Assembly: GCA_951406725.2 (NCBI GenBank)
Contig: OX597820.1
Span: forward strand, 83,514,001-83,578,000
Length of the DNA stretch: 64,000 nucleotides
Origin: Octopus vulgaris
Lineage: Eukaryota
Reading direction: 5' to 3'
In this document: in pieces, positions 1 to 15,118 of the stretch
Numbering within the stretch: position 1 is the first letter of the stretch
Layout of the letters: each line of letters begins with the position of its first letter
Translations under genes and position numbers: made by a program
Notes under the pieces: model-generated
What the model was told of the DNA's origin: nothing
Database searches by the model: none
The model's input: only the letters and a program-made list of their open reading frames with translations

Positions 1-1855
1 GGCAGTTTTGTTGTTGTGGAGGACGTGGTTGGGATTAAATTGGCTGGGCGATGTATTGGTGTTGATTATTTTGGTGATGAATTGGACGATATTTGTAAAT
101 GTGATCTGAGTGAAACTTACAAAGGTGTTGGTGGAGGTTATAGCTATGATAGTTATTATTTTTGTACTGATTATGTTGGTGAAGGTTATAAAGGAGATGG
201 TAGTGAAGGTGATGCATATATAGAGCACTATTGTTGGTGAAGATGGCGCTATGAGGTTGGTGATTTGTGGTGTGATTATTAACAGGGCACTACTGCTGCA
301 GAGTTAATGTTGGATAGTTTTAAATGTAGTGGTAGTAGTTGTCATTGCGACGTTAAATCTGCTGCTGATACCGGAGATCGTAATGCAATGAACATTGGAT
401 GCCAGATAATTCCTACTTAGACAGTTTAATTGTGTGAGATGTAAAGTAAGGAGATAACGAGGTGTAAAATTGGTGCAAGTTGAAGAGATTATAGCTATCA
501 CTGTAACATAGACTGTATTGTATAAGTAGGGGGAAATACCGGCGATGTAGGAATGGGGCTGGTACTGGAGAAGAGTGTATAATAGTGTAGTGTGTTCGAG
601 GTATAAGGTGGTGGTGCTCTTGATGCAGTGTCATTATTTTTGATACCTGTGATCCTAGTCCTCCTACAGTGGTGTTGATAGTAGATGTTGACGGTGTGAA
701 AGTCAATGTAGCAATGATCATGTTGATAAATGTAGCGTTGGTGTTAAAGGGGAGAACTGATGATAGTGATGACAGTGGTGATGATGTCAAAGTGGCCTAG
801 CTGTCCATATTCACGTTCTGAAGAAGGAGTCAGACTAGTAGCAGCAAATGTACCTGAACTAGTAAGTAAAATAACACACACACACACGCATGCACATAGA
901 CACGCAGGCAGTCAGTCAGACACCACACACACACATACTCACACACACATACATTGAGAGATTAGAGAGTGAGAGAGATTGAAAGGAAATACTAAATTAA
1001 GGAAAAGTGAGTTGCAAACTGGTTCTTTTTACAACATCTCTATTGCAATAGCCATAAAGTTTGTTCGTTCGCTTGCATTTTCCTGCAATTTAGTTATCAA
1101 GTTAAAATTTTAGCTAGACGTTTTTGCTGAAATTTATTTATAGGTTGTGTTAGCTTACGAACCATATGCAGTTGAGATATTTTATGCAATTATGAATAAT
1201 TTTTCCAAATTTATCTCAGTAATTTATTAGGAAAATGAGTTTAGAATTTTAAAAGTAGTATACGGTGACAATTCTAATCATTTTCCTCCATCCGGTTAGT
1301 GCGGTTGGCTTGAAATTTTGCTGTAATTTAAAATATTGTCTTTAAATTTACCGTTTAATTTATAATACCATGCTCAAAATTTTCTTAATGTATTTCCTTT
1401 TGGAGCATAATTTTGAAATCATTTGAAGAATGCTTCGTACTAATATAACTTATGTAGTTATGTAATATAACAAGCGTGTATATTAGATTTCTTCCGTTCG
1501 CTTATTATAAAAATATTGTTGCATTTTCAGGTGCTCTTTAATTTCCAGGAAACATATAATTCGGCTTTAACTTTTAAAGCTAACACTGGAAAGTATCATA
1601 AAATATCTTAAAGTATTTAGAGTCTGATATTGAAAATTCGAATTAAGATAAAATCACCGTCTATCAAAAATTCAGTAAATGGAAGATAATTTCTCTTTCA
1701 AGATTCTAATATTATCCAACTAATCCTCTTATTTCCTGATACCTTTATACCCATCGTCAAGACGTTCGATGTTTATTTTTTCTTCTCTATCTGTCTGTCT
1801 GTTTCACTGCCGGTCTGTCTGTTTCTCTCTGTATATACATACATACATACATACA

Positions 1856-1858
<3 letters not shown>

Positions 1859-1915
<57 letters not shown>

Positions 1916-1917
1916 TG

Positions 1918-1967
<50 letters not shown>
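1859..1967. repeat. (TA)n microsatellite, interrupted
   Basis: Two TA runs separated by a short gcatgtatg interruption; source of the poly-YI ORFs in the track. Confidence 0.95.
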
Positions 1968-1969
<2 letters not shown>

Positions 1970-2154
1970 AGCGCACACACATATATAGAAACAATCTCTT
2001 GCCCACAGAAGATTTGGGTTCGAATCGTCACAGTGTCGCGTTCGAAGTTTTACATCTAAAATTTTATTTATAGCTTTAGATACTTTGACACTTACCATTA
2101 CAAATGTTTAATATATACATATACGTATATGTAATTGCGTATATAAGCATATGT

Positions 2155-2402
2155 GGAGGCACGTGGCTTAGTGGTTAGGGTGCCAGTATGATGATCGTAA
2201 GATTGTGGTTTCGATTCCTGTACCGGGCGACGCGTTGTGTTCTTGAGCAAAACACTACATTTCACGTTGCTCCAGCCCACTCAGCTGGCAAAAATGAATA
2301 AGGCTGAGATGGACTGGTGTCCCGTCCAGCTGGGGAACACATACGCCATAGAAACCGGAAAACCGGGCCCATGAATCTGGCTGGGCTTTAAAAGGGCGCA
2401 TT
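2155..2402 (+). mobile_element. tRNA-derived SINE (family A)
   Basis: Pol III A-box TGGCTTAGTGG (2164-2174) and B-box-like GGTTTCGATTCC (about 2207-2218), followed by a SINE-type body (ttcttgagcaaaacactacatttcac...). Confidence 0.75.
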
Positions 2403-5308
2403 TGTTATTTTATAGAAGCATACATATCATTTACATACATCTGATACATTATGGGAATAACGCGCTTAATTAAATGTTAGAGACACTACACTATAGTATT
2501 TAGTTAATTTTATTTGAATACGCAGCATATTCTATTACCAACGCCTACAGAATCAACACACCACAGCAATTTCAAAATACTCATGTACATGAAAATATAA
2601 GAAGGACACTACTAGTATGGGATACAATATGGCTAATGATAAATAAATAAATTGAAATACTCTGATGTGTGTCTTACAGAAAAAAGTTCAAGCTGTTCAT
2701 CACACTAATTCAATTCGAAAAGTGGTAAACATTTTGAGAGGAAGGAACACATATAAAATGCTCGTCTTAAAAGGAATTCCTCACAATTTATGATCTATCT
2801 GATCTACGGTTAATATTAGTGGCTACTTGAAAATGCACTACTTGCAGTTTAAATAAATGTAAATCCGCATTCGTACGCACAAACATAGAAACACACATGC
2901 ATGATTTAATGTTTGCAAATACACACAGGCATGCGTGTACACACACATACACACACATCTACAACTCACGTACAGTGCTTTCAAGCTTATATAAATTGAA
3001 GAAAACAGTCACACCAACATCACCAATTGAAAGATATTGGCAGCAGCCAATAAATTTAGTGCAAAGCAAAGTGAACACTCCCATCATAAATCTATTCACA
3101 GAGTAATATCAGAACAGAACATGTACGAAGAATGACGAATCCGTCGTACACAGGAAGATAGAAAATGAAAGGAACGCATTTACCAATCCTTAATGAAATC
3201 AGCAAAATAAAAAAAAATAAAAAGAAATGAAATATTCACTAAGGAGAAGTACTTCAAAAGTACAACACACAAAAGAAAAGGAACCCGAAATTAAAACACA
3301 TTTCTGAAGAGATATCTGCTAAGCAACAAATATATCATGAGGAAATACACTTCTTTCAAATTTATCAGCGAGCTGATTTGAAGCCAAAATGATTCGGTCT
3401 AGAAGGATATAAAATTGTTGAAATTTTTAAGGCGGTATGATAGAAAAATATGAAGAATAATTTTGTGAATGAGTATAGACGATGAATAGAACGCAATGTC
3501 ATAACCTAATCTGCCACAAACAGTGAAAAGCACTGGGAAGGTAAAGCTTTAAAAACATGTGTGGAATGTTCGCCGAGCCGTGAACAATATGTAATCATTT
3601 AATGAAATTGAAAGATACAACTGAAGAGGGATGTGCAAAGGTAAAAATTACATCGATAGCGACTTGTAAAATAACAACATTACAGCATGTCTTAATTACA
3701 ATTATATAACGTGGTCGTATGCTCTTCCGGAAAAATATATTCCCAGTGATAAGAATAAACGACAGAAAAATTCTAGCAAATAAATTCTAGCGAAATAAAG
3801 CAGGAAAACATTTTGCTTTGAGTGATGCATGAATTGTGTTTGGCGGTGCTCCTTATATTTGGATATATTAAACATGTAAAGAAAACCTCGGTTATTAGCT
3901 GCAATGTTAAATAGTTCTTGAATAAATTACAGAAAATTATGCAGATAGAATTATAACATTAGAACCATTCAAATTTATAGAAGCAGTATTCCAACCTGTG
4001 TCTTCTTCGTCTCTGTGATGTGTTATCTAATACGCATAAAATCTTGAGTGTTTTTCAAATATTATGCAAGAATAATAAAACGTATTTTTTTATGATTGAC
4101 GTCATCCTGTAAATTGCTAGAGTCTCATATGTAGAGAGATTTCTTTGGGGGAATCGAAAAGAAATTTGGTCGAGAAAAATGTGCCAAATCACGTTTGGTG
4201 AATGTGAAAATATATTGTTAACATAAATACACTCTACTTCAATCTCTCTCAGGCTCACACTTAATAACTGACGTTAACACAATAACACATACGCGCATAT
4301 CATTTCGCTTATAAGTTTTTTTGCTTAATTGGTTTTCCATACTTTACATTTGTGAAATGTACTTTAATTAGAATAGAAGGTTTGTTTATATCTTCATGTC
4401 AATTTGTTATAGTTAATTTGCTTGTGGTAGGGAACTTGAATTGAAAGCCGAATCGGATAGGTAGGTTATGACTATTTGAGACTTTATATAAGAATATATT
4501 GCAAATCTTTATTTGTATAGACATTTGTAATTTGTCTCACTAGGCTAAGGCTGTGTGCATGGTGCATGTAAACGATGCCTGGGTTCAGAATATTAGGAAG
4601 GAAAGAAGTTCCTATCCTATGTGTAGATTGAGTATTTTGGTAGCGGCATATACGTTGTGGATGTAAAAGAATAAAAAATATTGGAGGTCTGGAAACATAC
4701 CGATGGGGGCACATAAGTGATGATAGATCTTAGGAAAAATCTACTCAATTCGACTTTCGTGATGTTGAAAACTAATAGTAAGCTATGTCCGAAGATCAGT
4801 TGAATTCAGGCAGCAGGAAGATTTACCAAAAATATTGACAGACACGAACTAATGTTTTGCTGATGATATCAAAAGTAAAACAAAACTGTTTTCACTAAAT
4901 GTCTAGAGGCTGGGAGGCCATTGGCTATCAAAAATTCAGAATAGATCTCCAGTAGAGCTGACTTTGCGACCGTTAAGAAACGGATGACTTAGGGTGTTTC
5001 TCTCTATTACTTTTAATGTCTACCACATTAGAGATTTTGTTCCACTTAGGACTGAGATGCCATAGACATATATCGCTATTTAAAGAGAGAACGAGAGAGA
5101 GAGAGTGAAAGAGAGACAGAGAGAGAAAGGGTGAGAATGAGACAGAAAGAGAGAGAACAGCCGAGAGGAAGTGACAGAGTGTAGTTTAAGAGTAATATTC
5201 AAAGAGTATATCTGGAGCACATTGATTGTAATAGAAGAAATATTATCAAACTACACAAGCATTACCTTTTTAAGAGAGGAGATGCGTTATTTAGTATTTC
5301 ATGTATGC

Positions 5309-5545
5309 AAGGTGTTCAGCAGACAGAATCGTTAGCACACCGGTCAAAATGCTTAGCGGCATGTCTTCAGGCTTTTATTCAAGAATTATTTTGTCTGCCA
5401 CTACGTTCTGAGTTCAAATTCCGCCGAGGTCGACTTTGCCTTTCATCTTTTCGCGTTCGGTAAAATATATACCAATTGAGAACTGGGGTCGATCTAATTG
5501 ACTGGCCCTTCCTCCGAATTAACTGCCCTTGTGCCAAAGTTTGTG
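5309..5545 (+). mobile_element. tRNA-derived SINE (family B, Meta/Sauria-like central domain)
   Basis: Shares aatgcttagcgg...tacgttctgagttcaaattccgcc..ggtcgactttgcctttcatc..tt.cg with copies at 22790-22950 and 33213-33417. Superfamily assignment is from memory. Confidence 0.75.
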
Positions 5546-5787
5546 CCAAAGTATGCAAACATAATAGAAAGGCTTCTAAGCCACCTCAATATATGAAATA
5601 TTTATGCGAGAGTGTATTCTTATAGCTCAACTTCCCCTCCTTCTCGGTTGGAATGGCTGCCTTGCTAGAGTTACAGAGCTTGGTTAAAGTCTTCCGGTAT
5701 AGACGTTGTCAATAACATGCAAGGCTTGCACTTGAGAATCTTCAGTGTAAAGTGGGAAGAAAATGTTCAGTTTATGGAATATAATCT

Positions 5788-5993
5788 TACGAGGGTGGGA
5801 GATGGAACGTTTCTGGCTTAGGGTAAAAGAAAATACAGGAGAATCAAGTAATTATGATTTATTTGACATGTTCACTTCTCAGATTCATACCTTTATTCAG
5901 ATTTCCTAAACCATATAAAAGAACTGTCACTTTGAGCCTCCAAGCAGATATTTCAAGATACCCTTCAAGCTAGGAACATTTCAGCACCCCGTG
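5788..5993. mobile_element. Degenerate mariner-type MITE
   Basis: Starts TACGAGGG; the ends (ggaacgtttctggctt / aagctaggaacatttcagcacccc) are imperfect inverted repeats about 200 bp apart; no ORF. Confidence 0.45.
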
Positions 5994-8741
5994 ATTGTAG
6001 GATTGTTTCAACCTCTGGGCAATATACTTCTGATAATGCATTAAGGATGTTCATCTAAGTATCTTCACCTCGTCCTCGTACCCTTAGTGGTTTCCATCTT
6101 TTCTCAAATTCATGTAACCAGCATGGTCAACGACGCTCCAATTCTTTCTCCTTTCGGACATCAAACTTACCTTTGACATAAAGTCCTTATACACTTTTAT
6201 TCCTTCATTAAAATACGACCTTGATCTTCGACATGATCCTCAACCTGACACCTCTACATTTCTCGGTTGTTTGGTTGAGCTTGTCCTCTTTCTCGATTGC
6301 TTCGCGTTCGCCTTTGAATTTTCCATTTCATCTCGAGATTGGTCGTGGGAACGAGAATGGGCCTCAACAATACTTACCTGTCTGCCGGCTATGTCGAGGC
6401 AAAAATATTCTCTGCCTACATTGATTATACACCTGAGCTATAGTTATCATACTGACGACCGTATCGTCGTGATCTCACTCTCATGCGAACATCTCAACTC
6501 CTACCTCTCTTTCATTCACTTTTTTCATGCCGCCCTCGAATTTTGCTGTTCTGTTTCCAACACTTCTATGAAGTTTCTCGGCATTTCGGTTATATTCCAT
6601 CAGTTCCGGCTACCACTTCAAATCACTATTAACCGACAGACTCACACTCTTACCCCAGCTTATTTCAATCCCACCTTACTCACTACAGATTGTCCACCGT
6701 TTACTAGTACTTCTTCTGTCTCGGCAGGGTATGTAGTGACGTTAATGACTTCGAGAAATATTCCCAAATAATCGCTTGTCACTACACCCAACGAGGATGC
6801 CCTGCGTTATCTAAATCACTCTCACCTATGTCCGATTTGTTGAACCACTCGCGCCCACAAATTAAGTGACCATTTGTTCCGTAGCATCTTTTACACTCCT
6901 GACACCAAACTTGAAACCTTCATTTGCACTTGCCCATGCTGCTACACTCCCCCGTTCTCTCCAACACCTCTATACTTACCAGCAACCAGCATCCACCTAC
7001 CACACTACAATTTCATTCACTTGCACAAAAAGCGATATAATTTCTGCATTTTCTGTTCTCTCTGTCACTCCCTGCATATTCAATAAACTGACAGATTGAC
7101 AAGTTTGCTGACAGGCTGACAAGTTTGCCGAACATCTCCCGAGAAATCATATTTTGCAATGATACAACGATCTCGCCCTACTTCCGCTCGGCTGGTCATT
7201 CGCCAGAACATGTTTGTGTTCGCACCAGTCTCGTACACAAACCAATCGGACTCCTTAATCTATCGAGAGCAGCAATTTATTTTCTCTCCATTCCTCAGCC
7301 CCTCATGGTCTCAATTCATCACATCTCTTAATCTACAGTTACCTCCACACACATTTACACGAGTTATTACTCTTCCTACCTTCCACTGTTCCTCCTCCTC
7401 TAACTGCACACACATTTTCTACACTCGTATACACAATGCACATACCAGACGCACCATATAGATGCACAGCATATACATACACCCAGGGACATGCACAGAG
7501 ATGCATACACACACACATTCCTTCTTTACCAACGCCACCACCAACACTCATCTTCCCACCCATCCACTTATATACATGGACAAGCACCCACATCTCTCAA
7601 CCCCTAACTTCTTTGATCTCTTTTCCACTTTGCGCCTCCATCTAGCTCCACCAATATATATCTCCCCACAACTTACACCAAGAGATAACAGGAACGCGTA
7701 CACATGCTCACTTTCGTACATATGCATAAATAGACACACGCAAAAAAACGCACACTCTCATATATAAACATGCACATTCTCACATAGTCTTCATACCTAC
7801 ACACCTACTCTCCCCTATTCACATAAACCCGAGCTTGCACATACACACATGTACGCGTACGCACACATCCTCACATACATGCTTGTGCGCACGCACTTTA
7901 GGCAGGTCACTGTTGTCGCCATGGGCACATTTGTCCCCAACTATTTTCTTCTTCCCCGTCAATTCGAACCTTTAAACCAAACTGGTTAATTCTTTCTTTC
8001 CTTCTTTCAATTTTTTTTCTTCACTCCATCTGATTCCTCTCCTCGTTTCTTTCTATAGAAGGGCGCACAGCTCGAAATGACGAAGACATTTAAATTTTCT
8101 CTGACTGTCAACCAAATATATCTTGTTTGTTGCTCCCTAACCTGTTTCTGTGTTTTGCTCTTATTTTTTGTACATTTTTGAGACACACACACACACACAC
8201 ACACGCACACAAAAGCACACACACATACATATACATATAATATTGTAAGAAGATCATGAATATATCTTCTTAAAACCTAGAAGTATATAATAATCTTTTG
8301 ATACATTAACCTGATGCAACCCGTCTGTTGTATTATTACTATTAAGAACGATGCTTTATAATTCTGCGTTAATTATTCATTCACATTGCTTTGGCCTCAT
8401 ACGTGTGCTGATATTTAATCTCTACTGTTTTACATACTTTACAATGGAGTGATTTTCCAGAATTTATCCCCAGAGCATACGTATTTTAACGTCTTATTTC
8501 GTTATGCCCTCTCTCCTTACCGATTCGTTTCTATATGATTTTATTTTCTTTCTCACATTCTTGATTATTTTGCATCTTCGTTCGATGTAAAAGGAGATCT
8601 GTATTTTACAACTAATATAATATTATATTCTTCTGAAAACGATACTTAAGACATACGTAATAATTACATACGGGTTATTAAATCAGCAGTATGAAAGAAT
8701 ATATTGAAGTAAGAGTAATATAATTTTCTGTTCTCTTTCAG

Positions 8742-8742
<1 letters not shown>

Positions 8743-8833
<91 letters not shown>

Positions 8834-8940
8834 ATCTATCCATAAGTGTGTCTATCTATGTATCTATGTATGTATCTATCTATCTATCTATCTATCTATA
8901 TATCTATTTATATATCTATCTATCTATCTATCTATCTATC
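8743..8940. repeat. (TCTA)n tetranucleotide tract
   Basis: Direct reading; degenerate in the 3' half. Confidence 0.9.
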
Positions 8941-9350
8941 TGCAGTCTGCTTGTGTATCTCGTATATATTACAATACAGCCCTAGGACATATTTGAGGTA
9001 AAGATTATGAAGTCTCACTATATTCCCGATGCAGAAGGACAAATAATTTCACCAGCATTAAAGTTCTCTCTCTCTTTCTCTCTCACTCACTCACTCACTC
9101 ACTCACTCACTCATTCACTCACTCACTCACTCACTCACTCATCCACTCATCCAGGCAAACACGCACGGTCATGTACATATATTCCGCAAAACCAGATAAA
9201 TTTATCGTGAACAAGTATAACCATTTTAACGTTTAATGGCTTTATAGAAATTAATGTGCATTTAGATTTTCCCGACAAACGCGGTTTAAATATATGGAAT
9301 CGAAAGAACTCTATCTGAATTTATGCATAAGACACATATGCAACACACAA

Positions 9351-9458
<108 letters not shown>

Positions 9459-9911
9459 GCAGAGATACCTGTCATTGATTGGATTCAGAAAGAGTCTTAA
9501 AAAATGACACCCTGATTTATGAAATTCTGCTCAAGAATGATCGTTTATTGTACTGAGCTACTGCAAAATAATAATTTATTCCCATTCATGTGAAACCACT
9601 TATTCAAGTTCAAGTCATTGATGCAATTTTTTACCAATTGCTATTTTTACTTTTATTATGTTACTATTATATTATACTTTAGTTTGAATTTAATTATTAC
9701 TTACTACATATAATTGTTATCATTTTCTCTAATTTTTATTGTTAAAGTGAAAGTATCTGACATAAAATAGAGAAATGTTTTTGTTTCACCTTTAATACGT
9801 AACACTGAAAGAGTGGAGAAGATATGATATTGCTATGGGCTCGCCCTAGGCAAGAAGTTGAACATATTTTTTGCCCATGGAATTACGTGGACCCTAAGTA
9901 AGGCATTCTCA

Positions 9912-9998
<87 letters not shown>

Positions 9999-10082
9999 TA
10001 TATATATAATTTAATTAGGTACTTAAGTTGATGCACCAAGCCCGTCTGGTATTATCTGCATACCTCGAAATAAGGTTTTCCA

Positions 10083-10300
10083 TAGCACGTCTATGATTTC
10101 AGTCCTGGTGCGTGGCACCTGGGGCTGATTTGTTCTACTATAGTTTAGGATCGATCAAATGCCTTGTAATTTGTATTGACGGAAACTGAAAGAAGCCCGT
10201 CGTATATACGTATATGCGTATGTGTGTATGTCTGTGTGTATTTTTATGTGTCTGTGTGAGTGAGTGTGCCCCAGCATGGCTATAGCCTAAAGATTGAATC
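10083..10300 (+). mobile_element. Old diverged fragment of SINE family C
   Basis: gcgtggcacc...ttctactatag...gacggaaactgaaagaagcccgtcgtatata matches the full copies at 26463 and 62281. Confidence 0.7.
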
Positions 10301-11239
10301 AATTTCAGATATGACAAGTATATATTTGTATGCCATAATTTTAAGAAAAATAATTTTACGAAATTAAAAGCTATCGGTGTGCTAATTGATACTATTGTAC
10401 ATATTTAGGCTGTTTTTTCCACCTCTCCCTTAGCAAAAACTTTTTACTGTTGATAGAATTTGTCTGTCAATCAATTCACATGCTTTGTAATACTAATTCT
10501 TTTATATTACTTTCTCATTGTTTTACTGAATCAATATCTAATTCAATTTTAGAATCAAATCCCTATACGCTGAAGTACTTTGATCTATCTCAATCATTCC
10601 GTTAGTATTTCTAGTCAAATCAATTAAAGATTTCACCATTTTTGCACACATACAAATATCAAATAGTTTTCTCAAATTCATTTCCATACATTACAAAAAT
10701 ACATATCCCAATCTGAACGACGCAGAGCTATTTCCGCTTCTTAAACGACCATTCATTTTTATGTGACAACCATGTATAGAGTTTATGTTTGGTGTCGGAG
10801 TTGCAGTAATGAAATACGTAAATTAAGAATGACGTCGGAAATTGAATCAAAGAAATGAATTACCGAAATGTTATCGAATCAAGGGCGAAGTAACTCCGAA
10901 GATTAGTCAGGTACTTTTGCTTCCTTATTCAAATCAATTTACTTCACATTCACTACTAAGATTCTTCAGAAATTCATATTACTCATTAATACCCTTAGGG
11001 CAGCTATAAAAATCTCCATCACTCTTTTTCATTGTACATCTGCCAAAAGAAATTAGATCCATAGTTCCTCAGCTTAATAAGTTTCAGAAAGTGATTATCT
11101 GGAACAATTGAGCCTGTTGATGAGCGGGGTTTATCAGTTGCATTCAATTTCTATACAACACCAATAGATTTCAATATCCATATTCTTCGCAATATCACGT
11201 TGACACATTAGTAATGCGAATAGTAATGTACTAATTATA

Positions 11240-11240
<1 letters not shown>

Positions 11241-11303
<63 letters not shown>

Positions 11304-11317
11304 GCTACTACTACTAC
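11241..11317. repeat. (TAC)n microsatellite
   Basis: Direct reading. Confidence 0.95.
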
Positions 11318-14300
11318 ACATGAGCACGCACACAGACACGTGCACGCTCACGCACACAGACACACACACATGCACACACGCGCACACACGAAAAAGAACG
11401 ACCTAAATTCTAAAATGCCAGTGGAAGTCCGTACAAATATCCAGTTTGAAACAGGAAATGAAAGTTTATCTAATGACTTACTTTTCACTACATAACTCGA
11501 ATGTTTTAAATAATTTCTCTAGCAATAATCATTTCAGTTTCTAACAATATTTGTATATTTTCCAATGAAATATTCAGCAAATAAGCAAGAAAGCACTTCC
11601 GTGCGATGTAGGGAGAATAACCTTCAATGCTGCTCAGTATTTTATGGTGGTTGTGTTGTTTACTAAAAAAGCCCTTCATTCTAATTACTTTGCCAAACGT
11701 ATAAATTTCAAGCAGATATACTTCTAACGTCGTTGCTTAATAAATGCATTATCGTGAATTACGTTACTTCTTTCTATTAATCAAATGGGAAAACTACTCA
11801 TATTTTTTAGCACTAAAAATTCTATGCATACGTTTCACTTTCATACGATGGAATATCATATGACTTCTGTACTTTTTGTAAAGCTAACATAGTGAAGTCC
11901 CATTACTACGGACAAAATAGATTTTAGTTGTTAGCTGCAAGATTTCACTTCAAATTGATCAAACTTATCCAAGTATAGATTGTATGTAGTCGTTCGAACT
12001 ACGTGATATAAATAATAAGTTTTGGTTTATGTATCGCAAATTTTATGGAAATATAATATAACGATACGTTGAACAAGGTGGTCCCTCAGATGCAATTAAA
12101 CAGGATCAACATGGATACAAACACTGTAAAAAGGCTGAAATTAGCATCTAAGACAAAATATCAATCTCGATTCCCATGGAGCTGCCTTCTAGCGATGAAT
12201 ATTCGTATAAGAATTGGTTACAAATATTGGCGAATGTACAACATACCACACACATATGCATATAAGTATAGTAATGTGTATACATTTTTAATATATATAG
12301 ACATATATGCGTGTGCATGCCTTCGGGTGTACTCGCAAATTTTATTAACTGATTAAAGATCTCAAGCTACATAAACATACTTGATATGCTTTCGAAAGCT
12401 ACATATTTATAACATAGTGAACTCGGTAAATTTATTAAAACATAAGTTGAATTATTTATAAACACTAATAATAAAGAACAAATGTTATTAGTTATGAAGA
12501 GGATACTGGCTGAATATATGAAAGTTATTCGTGTGCGGTCGGGTAAGTAGAAGACGAAACAATAAAAATGAAATCTTTGAAGTTAGAACGTAGTGAAGGG
12601 GTTTTATTATTATACAGTAATGCAGTAGGATTATTATCTTCATGTTGCTTCCTATTCTCGACCTTCTGCTGTCATTGTACGCCTTAGTCGTTTCCACTTA
12701 ACTCTGAAACTTGGACAGGTGCATTCATTCTAAAGAAATAGATTGTTCTGTTTTTCATTAAATAACTATCTACTTCTTAACAATTCTCGCACGCGTGAAG
12801 CCACTTGGTTGCGCTCTGATGGACGTGAGTTCCATTTTTGTATGACTCTGTATGATTGACTGGCTATTGGAGCGAACTTATAGGCAAAAGATAAGTAAAA
12901 TGTGACTGGCAACACATTGAACTCGTCAGAGTTTTCATTCACGAAGGTACAACAAAATTCTTCACTGCATAGATTGCCAGGGTTTACCATATGGCATAAG
13001 CCTGATTTCCGCAGGCATATCATCCATCATTGCTTTAACATTGATACTCAAAAGTTAGTTATGCCTCATTTCTATATTAAAAAAGGAGCTGACTGCAATT
13101 AATAAAAATGTAATGGCAATTTCAGAGACGCCAAATTTAGTTGCGAAATTGAATACAACTGGGAATATAAGAGGTGCTTATATGTCAACAGGTGTGCATT
13201 TTATATGTTTAGTTAAATATCAGCAGGTATGCAGTCCGTATGGTTAGTGCGATATACATGCACATACATTTAGAAGTGTAGTTCTTATGTTCACGATGGT
13301 TCTGTTTTTGCTGTTAGTTTATTTCCTGATTTGATGAAAAAACATGTTGGTCTTGGTATAATAAATCGTGTTATTTTTAAAGAATTAGGATCCGATTGTT
13401 ATTGGAAAAATGATATTTCTCAATAATCAGACCAATATTTCTTGGTTTAAATATAATTTGAGAGATTTCTACGATATTACTTTGAGAAATATTGCCCTCA
13501 ATTAATATCAAATATACAGAAAACAAATCTTAAAAATGCTTTCCCCCACCAAAATGAAACGTTTCTGTACAGCAAAATCGGTAGCTAACCAAGAAAATAT
13601 AAGGCCATTTTCAGATTCAGCGTCCTTATATTAGCTAAAGATGTTTGGTGTCTGGAAAGCATTTCAAATTTTGCTTTTGTTGACCAGTGTAATTAATAAC
13701 TAGCAGTAAGACCACCCTTTGGCGGATTTGTGCCAGCCCCTTGATAATATTTTCACATTTGATTCCCATTTCTAATAACTTTTATATTTTAATCTAATTA
13801 TTTCTTTGTATAATAGTGCTCACTTGCTTAGTAAATTTTGCTTTCATTATTTTATTAGTCATAATCTCTCTTTAAAGAAAAACATCACGGTAGTCCAACA
13901 TCGGAGGGAGAAGCAGTTTGTCAAGTTTTACCTTTCCCTCAAAGTAACATACAGATTTCAATTGAACAGCCTATCTGTAAGCTTCGCAGTGTGTGTCTGT
14001 GAGAGAGAGAGAGAGAGTGAGAGAGAGAGAGACAGAGAGAGAGAGAAAATATTGCAAACAACGAATGAGGTAATCATTAAATGAATAAATTGTCTAAATA
14101 AATGGGCATTGCTACAGATGTATTCTCCCCCAAATTTTTTGCCGCATAACATCCAGAAAAATGGACACTTTTTAACAAAATTTTCTACAATTACCGCTTC
14201 GATGTTGCGGCTTCAGAGTATATAGGGGTTTGTGCTGAAGACGTCTTGCGAGAAGGTGGAGAGAAGAGTTTCAGAAAATTTACATGATTTCATTTTTTAC

Positions 14301-14886
14301 CTTCATAACATTCGGGTAGATGGGTATCTTTTAATGAAAATTTATACAAATTTCAAACCGCATAGATTACGAGTATAAAGATATTTGTGGGGAAATTTTT
14401 TCCCGGATTTTACCGTTTTTTTTGAAAACCACAGGCTTCGAAATCATGTGCTTGGTGGGGGCACCTTAGAATGAAAACTGTTTGAAAACTCTATTTTTTA
14501 CACCCTATTCCCTCATTATCCCGCTGTGGACCTATTTTGGCCAATCTTTTTGCACTTCAAAACCATGGGAAGAGCATTTCCGGTAAAAAAAAACTTGTTC
14601 ATATTTTCAGAGGTAAATTTGATTTAAGGGCGATTTGGATGTTGTTTCTAGCACATCCAAAGACAACCATCCTTGTTTCTTTATCATTCACGCATATATT
14701 AATGTTTTTTCAATATTTCCCCCCATTAATATATTTTATGCTATATAAAAAAGAAAATTTGAAAAATTATGAATTTTTTGCAACCTCTCTCCCTGACCCT
14801 GATTGTTTCTGTCCAGAAATTAAAATATTAGAGACCCTGAGAAGGCCGTTGTTAGCATTTATCCACAGTGATTTGAAACAAATTAC

Positions 14887-15118
14887 GGAGATGTACTTCC
14901 ATAGCAAGTGACTTCATTTGAGATCGTGTGCTGAGAGAAAAACAATTGCAACGTGGAAGATGTTTGTAAACCATTCTATAACACACATATGCCGTAAGTT
15001 TTACTTCAACATTAAAATTTGATTTGTGCCAAAATATTTTCGTCGCTTTAAATCAGCAACCTGTTCACTGACAAAGCTTCACAAAAGTGATGCATCAGGA
15101 AATATTGTCAGTGAACAG
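14887..15118 (-). mobile_element. Penelope-like terminal-repeat remnant with short fold-back; same family as 37383-37734
   Basis: Aligns with 37383-37575 (ggagatgtac...gagatcgtgtgctga...acaattgca.cgtggaag.tgttt...ctgttcactgacaaag). A 14-bp inverted repeat lies at 15061-15074 / 15105-15118. Confidence 0.65.
15027..15075 (-). ncRNA. Hammerhead-like motif, G3:C8 core variant
   Basis: Minus strand: UUUGUCA-GUGAACA-G-GUUGC-loop-GCGAC-GAA-AAUAUU-U-UGGCA. Manual fold only. Confidence 0.5.

Noticed and set aside
1-790. Thr/Ile/Ser-rich, mostly open minus-strand frame suggesting a mucin-like exon
   Set aside because: The frame is broken by stops at 304-306 and about 655, there is no domain or splice evidence, and the pattern is expected from degenerate trinucleotide sequence.
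3100-3960. A-rich stretch resembling a decayed LINE or Penelope ORF
   Set aside because: No RT, APE or GIY-YIG motif could be read in the frames I checked.
6221-7770. 166-aa ORF and neighbouring C/A-skewed ORFs
   Set aside because: No motif was recognised on either strand; probably decayed repeat or low-complexity DNA.
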